Origin: a virus
Taxonomy: Duplodnaviria; Heunggongvirae; Uroviricota; Caudoviricetes
Strand: one strand, 5' to 3'
Length of the DNA stretch: 27,844 bases
Virus record (IMG/VR): IMGVR_UViG_2802429052_000001
Span: 1-27,844 of that record
Part shown: positions 23,277 through 27,844 of the stretch, piece after piece
Position numbering within the stretch: position 1 is the first letter of the stretch
Layout of the letters: each line of letters starts with the position of its first letter
Notes under the pieces: generated by a model
Told to the model about the DNA's origin: nothing
The model's database searches: none
Seen by the model: only the letters and a program-made list of their open reading frames with translations
Program-made: the position numbers and the translations under genes

Positions 23277-25793
23277 GTGACGACTATCGGATACGCCACG
23301 TTGCAGCTCATACCGTCGCTACTAGGCGTGACCGAGGCGATCGACAAGCAGATCGACGGCAAGGTCGTCAGCGTCTCGATCACACCCAAGGTTGACCAGA
23401 AGGCCGTCGACACCGCGGGCAAGCAGGTCAAGGACACCATCGAGAAGCAGACCACCGAGGTTGCGGTCAAGCCGAAGGTCGATCAGCCCGCCGCGGAGAC
23501 CGCCGGTAAGCAGGCCAAGGAGACGGTCGAGAAGCACACCGGCGATGTGAAGGTTGTGCCGAGGATCGAATCGGCTGCGATCACCAACGCCGGGGCCACG
23601 GCCGGGGAGCTGGCGGGGCGTGCGATCGGCGAGCAGATTGCCAAGACCATTCCCACTGGGATGTCTGGCATTGCGGGGTCGGTCGGCAACATTCTGCGTA
23701 GCGCCCTACCTGGCCTCGGGTCAGTGGTGGGTGCGGGCGCCGGTGCGGCCATCGTGACATCGATCCTCGATGGGGTCAGCAGGGGCAACTACACCAAGGC
23801 CGGGGAATCCATCAAGCGTGGCCTTGTCGGCGCAGTGGACAAGGCCAACATCGGTACGGATATCGCTATCCGGCTGGGCAATTCGCTATCTGGCGGCCTA
23901 TCGAAGGCTTCGGACAAGATCGCCACTGTCGCCGGTTCTATTACCGGCAAGGTCAGTGAGGTCGGTAATGCGCTCACCACCACCAAGGAGCTGATCGGCG
24001 GAGACGACGCCTGGGGTGCCGGCGCGATCGATACCCTGAACAACGCCCTGGGTACGGCAACCCCACTACTGGAGGGGATGAACGCCGCGGCAGTCCTGGC
24101 TTCTGCTGGTGCCAACGCGATTGCGTTCGCCAGTAAGGCGGCGGCCGCGGCGCAACGGTTGTGGAACCTGGCCATGACCGCCAACCCAATCGGACTGATC
24201 GTGGTGGCCGTGGGCGCACTGGTGGCGGGAATCATCTACGCGTATCAGCACTCCGAGCGGTTCCGCGCCATCGTCGACGCCGCGTGGAAGGCCATCAAGA
24301 TCGCCGCCGAGGCCGTCGTCAAGTGGTTCATGGACACCGCCTGGCCAATGCTCAAGAGGGTGTGGGAAGGCATCGGCGATGGCTGGAGTTGGCTGGTCAC
24401 CAAGGCTGGCGAGGTCTGGACCGGCGTCAAGGAGAAGTTCACGGCCATAGTCGATTTCGTCAAAGGCATGCCCAGCGCTATCACCAACGCAGCCAAGGGC
24501 ATGTGGGACGGGCTCAAGAACGGCCTGGTGACGGTGCTCAACTGGATCGGCGATAAGTGGAATGCGGTCGCCGACACCCTGTCTATCGAGGTCGGCGGCA
24601 CCAAGATCAGCGCGATACCACACATGCCCAAGTTCGACGGTGGCGGCTACACCGGCAACGTGTCGGCCCAGCAGATCGCGGGCGTGGTGCATGGGGACGA
24701 ATTCGTTATCAAATCCAAGTCGCGCAAGGGAATTGAGAATGCCTACCCCGGCCTGCTGGACTACCTGAACAACCAGGGCAAGCTACCCGGATACGCACAG
24801 GGCGGGTTGGTCAAGGGCACAGCCGAACTCAGCGACATCATCTCGCAGCAGTTCAGACCGTCCGGCGGCATCGGCGGATATCGGTCTCCCGACGGCAAAT
24901 TCAACGAGCACTCAACAGGCCGTGCCCTGGATGTAATGGTTGGCAACGACAAGGCCAAGGGTGATGCGGTCAAGGACTTCGTGTTATCGAATGCCGCGGC
25001 TATCGATCTGAAGTGGGCGATCTGGCGCCAACACCTGTACTACCCGGGTGGTGGCGGGTACGACATGGAGGATCGGGGCTCGCCGACCGATAACCATATG
25101 GATCACGTGCACATCTTCTCGGGTCCAGGTATCGCCAATGGCCTTCTCGGGTCGCTGCAGTCCAAGACCGCCGCGGCGGTTAACGCTGGGACTAAGGCTT
25201 CCGGCCCGCCAGTCGGTGATGCTCCCGGCGGTTCCCTTGGCGCGGAGGCGGTGAGCGCTGCCGCGCCGGGTGGTGGCTCGTCGTCCACCGGCGGCGGGTT
25301 CAATCTGCCGTCATCCCTCTCCGGGCTCTCGGGGATCGGGCTGGCCGGTATGGGCGTCACAACGCAGGTGCCCGGTCAGCCAGAGCGCACATTCGAGTTC
25401 GGCAACGCAGCTGCCGCGGCGGTCGGCGGACAGGTGTCCTCGGCGCTCGGAGTGCTCGGTGTTGGCGATTCGCCGGGCTGGCTCAAGGGAATCTCTCAAT
25501 TCGTCAGCGGCATATCCGTCGGTGGTGGCGGTTCCGGTGGTGGCCTTGGCGGCGCACCCGAGGGAGCAGGCCCCGGCGCCAGATTCGGCGGCGCGACCCC
25601 CATTGCCGCGTCGGCCGCTGTGCCAGCGCCCGCAGCGCTTCCCGCGGGGACTGCTCACGGTGCGGGGGCCGGTGCACAGCCGGGGCCGGTATTCAACACC
25701 ACGATCAGCGCGTTCGACACCAGCAGCGCCGTATCGATCATGCGGCAGCAGCAAGACGAAATGGCGGCAGCGAAATTGGGCAGGTGGTCATAG
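23277..25793 (+). CDS. Tape measure protein with C-terminal metallopeptidase-like motif
   Basis: 838 aa, Ala/Gly-rich with periodic Trp; EHSTGRALD...NHMDHVH; GGAGG RBS. Confidence 0.95.
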   Translation: MTTIGYATLQLIPSLLGVTEAIDKQIDGKVVSVSITPKVDQKAVDTAGKQVKDTIEKQTTEVAVKPKVDQPAAETAGKQAKETVEKHTGDVKVVPRIESAAITNAGATAGELAGRAIGEQIAKTIPTGMSGIAGSVGNILRSALPGLGSVVGAGAGAAIVTSILDGVSRGNYTKAGESIKRGLVGAVDKANIGTDIAIRLGNSLSGGLSKASDKIATVAGSITGKVSEVGNALTTTKELIGGDDAWGAGAIDTLNNALGTATPLLEGMNAAAVLASAGANAIAFASKAAAAAQRLWNLAMTANPIGLIVVAVGALVAGIIYAYQHSERFRAIVDAAWKAIKIAAEAVVKWFMDTAWPMLKRVWEGIGDGWSWLVTKAGEVWTGVKEKFTAIVDFVKGMPSAITNAAKGMWDGLKNGLVTVLNWIGDKWNAVADTLSIEVGGTKISAIPHMPKFDGGGYTGNVSAQQIAGVVHGDEFVIKSKSRKGIENAYPGLLDYLNNQGKLPGYAQGGLVKGTAELSDIISQQFRPSGGIGGYRSPDGKFNEHSTGRALDVMVGNDKAKGDAVKDFVLSNAAAIDLKWAIWRQHLYYPGGGGYDMEDRGSPTDNHMDHVHIFSGPGIANGLLGSLQSKTAAAVNAGTKASGPPVGDAPGGSLGAEAVSAAAPGGGSSSTGGGFNLPSSLSGLSGIGLAGMGVTTQVPGQPERTFEFGNAAAAAVGGQVSSALGVLGVGDSPGWLKGISQFVSGISVGGGGSGGGLGGAPEGAGPGARFGGATPIAASAAVPAPAALPAGTAHGAGAGAQPGPVFNTTISAFDTSSAVSIMRQQQDEMAAAKLGRWS
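23385..23541 (+). repeat. 87-bp (29-aa) tandem repeat in the tape measure N-terminus
   Basis: PKVDQKAVDTAGKQVKDTIEKQT (23385) versus PKVDQPAAETAGKQAKETVEKHT (23472). Confidence 0.8.
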
Positions 25794-27197
25794 ATGGCGG
25801 TCGCAACGATCACGCTGGATTCGTCGAACGGTGATTCGGTGGTGGTGTCCGCGCCGAATGATGAGTACCTGCTCGACGACATCGTGCTCGACACTGACCC
25901 GAAGAGTATGTATGACACCGGGTTTACGATGCGCACCCAGTCGGGAGCATTCCAGCCCGGCGGGCGGCCGGTCGGCGAAGAGGTACCGATCCGCAATCCG
26001 ATTCTGCCGTTCTGGCTGACCCCAGCGTCCCGCCCTCGGTTTCAAAAGCTCTGGGGCACTCCGTACAACCTGCGCAAGGTCAAGTGCACATGGGACGGAC
26101 CTTCGGGCCCGCGTTTCCTGTATTTGAAGCTGGCCAAGGAGATTCAGTACACGACCGAGGATGGTTTCGACGCTGATATCGACAAGGTCTATCACGCGGT
26201 GGTCTCCGCGCACGCGTACAACCCGATGTACGAGGGCGTCGAGGATGTTGCCGATTGGGTCAATCCGGGCAACTTCACCGTCTATCTCGCTGCCACATCT
26301 GGAACCTTCAAGCTGGGGTACGGCCCTGCCGGTGCGGCCGTCCTCACCGAGCCGATTCCATACGACGCTGACGCCGCAACCGTGCAAGCCGCACTGGAGG
26401 CGCTGTCAACCATCGGGGCCGGAAATGTCACCGTGACCGGCGATCCCGGTCGCTGGACCGTTCGCACACCGGCAACCTGCCCCGGAATGCTCACGGTTGA
26501 TGGGACATCACTTGCGCCGCTGTCGTTCTCCATCACCCTGGGCACCCTGTCCTACACGATCACCATCGGCGGCCAGACTACTGCGCCCATCGCATTCACT
26601 TCGTCAGCCTCGACGCTACGGCAAGCCATCGAGCAGCTTTCCAACATCGGCACCGGTGGGGTCACGGTGACCGCCACATTGTTCGGGTTCGCGCTGTCCT
26701 TCATGACCGGGCCGCTGAATGGATTCCTAGTCGCGTTGTTCACCGGGAAGTCCACGGCGGGCATCCACATCGCCCGCGTGGTGACCAACCCGAACACCGG
26801 GTATTTCGACGTATGGAACCCCACTGATCAAGACCTCTGGCCCGAATGGGAACTCGACCCCGCCATTCAGTGGCAGTTCCCAGACTTCGCGTTCGGGCAG
26901 GAACGTAAGTGGAACCGCCCGGTGGGCGCCGACGCGGCACGAATGATCGTCACTCCACAGCTGACCCAGATGCTGTCCGTGATGTCTGACCCGTTTATGG
27001 ACACCTACCTCAGCGCCGATCTGTCGAATGCGGCGGGCCTGTTCAACGGGGTGGAACCGCTCTACCCGGTGCCCCAGTACACCGGCACCGCCGATGATCC
27101 GGTGGTGGTGCCGGTCGTGTGCCAGGGCCCCTCGGGAGCGAAGGCCACCTTGCGGCAGCGTCGTTTCTGGTCGGCAGAAAGCGGACTTGAGGCGTGA
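25794..27197 (+). CDS. Distal tail (Dit-like) minor tail protein with an inserted two-domain repeat
   Basis: First gene after the tape measure; WNPTDQDLWPEW motif; about 170-aa insert at residues 161-330. Confidence 0.85.
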   Translation: MAVATITLDSSNGDSVVVSAPNDEYLLDDIVLDTDPKSMYDTGFTMRTQSGAFQPGGRPVGEEVPIRNPILPFWLTPASRPRFQKLWGTPYNLRKVKCTWDGPSGPRFLYLKLAKEIQYTTEDGFDADIDKVYHAVVSAHAYNPMYEGVEDVADWVNPGNFTVYLAATSGTFKLGYGPAGAAVLTEPIPYDADAATVQAALEALSTIGAGNVTVTGDPGRWTVRTPATCPGMLTVDGTSLAPLSFSITLGTLSYTITIGGQTTAPIAFTSSASTLRQAIEQLSNIGTGGVTVTATLFGFALSFMTGPLNGFLVALFTGKSTAGIHIARVVTNPNTGYFDVWNPTDQDLWPEWELDPAIQWQFPDFAFGQERKWNRPVGADAARMIVTPQLTQMLSVMSDPFMDTYLSADLSNAAGLFNGVEPLYPVPQYTGTADDPVVVPVVCQGPSGAKATLRQRRFWSAESGLEA

Positions 27198-27367
27198 GGG
27201 TCAACGCGGTCGCCTTGCACCTTGTGCCCGGCACACCCGAAACCGGACTGTGGTGCGAAATCTGCCTACTGCCAAGCCGGTACGAGGTGGCGCTATACGC
27301 GCTGGTCGGTGACAGTGCGCCGATCCACGTCGGTACCTTCCACGGCTGCGACGGGCACCAAGCATGA
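27194..27367 (+). CDS. 57-aa CxxC protein (not in the ORF track)
   Basis: GTGA and ATGA overlaps; MRVNAVALHLVPGTPETGLWCEICLLPSRYEVALYALVGDSAPIHVGTFHGCDGHQA. Confidence 0.65.
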   Translation: MRVNAVALHLVPGTPETGLWCEICLLPSRYEVALYALVGDSAPIHVGTFHGCDGHQA

Positions 27368-27843
27368 CCGTCGCGACGTTCGCTGAGCCGTTCACCGGCA
27401 CCGATCACGACGACTTCGCGGCGTGGGCACGGGAGGTGCGCGAGTACCGCATTGAGCGCGCCTACGACCCGCCGCACATCGAGCTTTACGACGGCGATTG
27501 GGTCTATCGCGGCACGGTGCGCGGCGAACTGGGCGGGCGGGTCAATCCGATCGTCAACCAGACCGGGACCATTTCGCTGCGCCTACCGATCGATCTCGAC
27601 GACCGCCGGGGTACGTGGCCGGCGTTCTGGGCGCTCGACGAAGAGGCGCGCGGCACCAGCAATATCCACGTGATCGTCGAGACCATGGGCGCCCGCATCG
27701 GCGGCCGGATGAAGGCCAAAGACGGTGTGCATATTGAGCGTGGGGCCACCGGAGACGTGGTGGTCATCGACTTTCTGGACGATATCGAAGAGCTGAAATT
27801 CGTTCATACAGCGGGCAATCCGTTCCTACCGTTGTCACTAATC
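27364..27843 (+). CDS. Minor tail (hub/Tal-position) protein, truncated by the window end
   Basis: Manually translated, open to the edge: MTVATFAEPF...ELYDGDWVYRG...AGNPFLPL; synteny after Dit. Confidence 0.8.
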   Translation, partial: MTVATFAEPFTGTDHDDFAAWAREVREYRIERAYDPPHIELYDGDWVYRGTVRGELGGRVNPIVNQTGTISLRLPIDLDDRRGTWPAFWALDEEARGTSNIHVIVETMGARIGGRMKAKDGVHIERGATGDVVVIDFLDDIEELKFVHTAGNPFLPLSLI

Positions 27844-27844
27844 C

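Noticed and set aside
25200-26019. Gly-rich tape measure tail as collagen-like repeat, and overlapping ORF 25270-26019
   Set aside because: No Gly-X-Y periodicity; the overlapping ORF is an off-frame reading across two real genes.
1-27844. CRISPR array, IS element, intein, retroelement, LexA SOS box
   Set aside because: No regularly spaced repeats, transposase or reverse transcriptase motifs, intein-sized insertions or TCGAAC-N4-GTTCGA match were seen by eye.

Overview
The whole window is one temperate siphovirus genome segment, high in GC, with mycobacteriophage-type gene families; it is most likely a mycobacterial prophage (host not provable from the sequence). Left to right: a leftward 99-aa HTH repressor and a divergent Cro-like gene; a tightly coupled rightward early operon (membrane protein, ASCH-like and nucleoside-deoxyribosyltransferase-like proteins, RecE-like exonuclease plus an atypical partner, N6-adenine methyltransferase, DUF5131/Gp37Gp68 radical-SAM-like protein, replication initiator, RuvC-like resolvase, many small Cys/His proteins, a Zn/HTH late regulator); a candidate late promoter and terminator; HNH endonuclease; a cos-like region; an HK97-type head module; the tail module (with the -1 frameshifted chaperone, tape measure and evolved distal tail protein); and a minor tail gene cut by the window edge. 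No integrase, lysis genes, tRNA, CRISPR or IS are visible. Best leads: (1) a host PafBC/RecA-NDp-type DNA-damage promoter in front of a small Zn-binding gene, in a phage whose repressor has no self-cleavage domain; (2) a lambda Q/pR'/tR'-like layout, with a second terminator inside the late operon; (3) a non-RecT partner of the exonuclease whose C-terminal domain is duplicated as a stand-alone gene; (4) a hairpin whose loop is complementary to the tail-chaperone RBS; (5) a tRNA/tmRNA-like 3' end inside the repressor gene. All family assignments come from motif recognition by eye; no searches were run.
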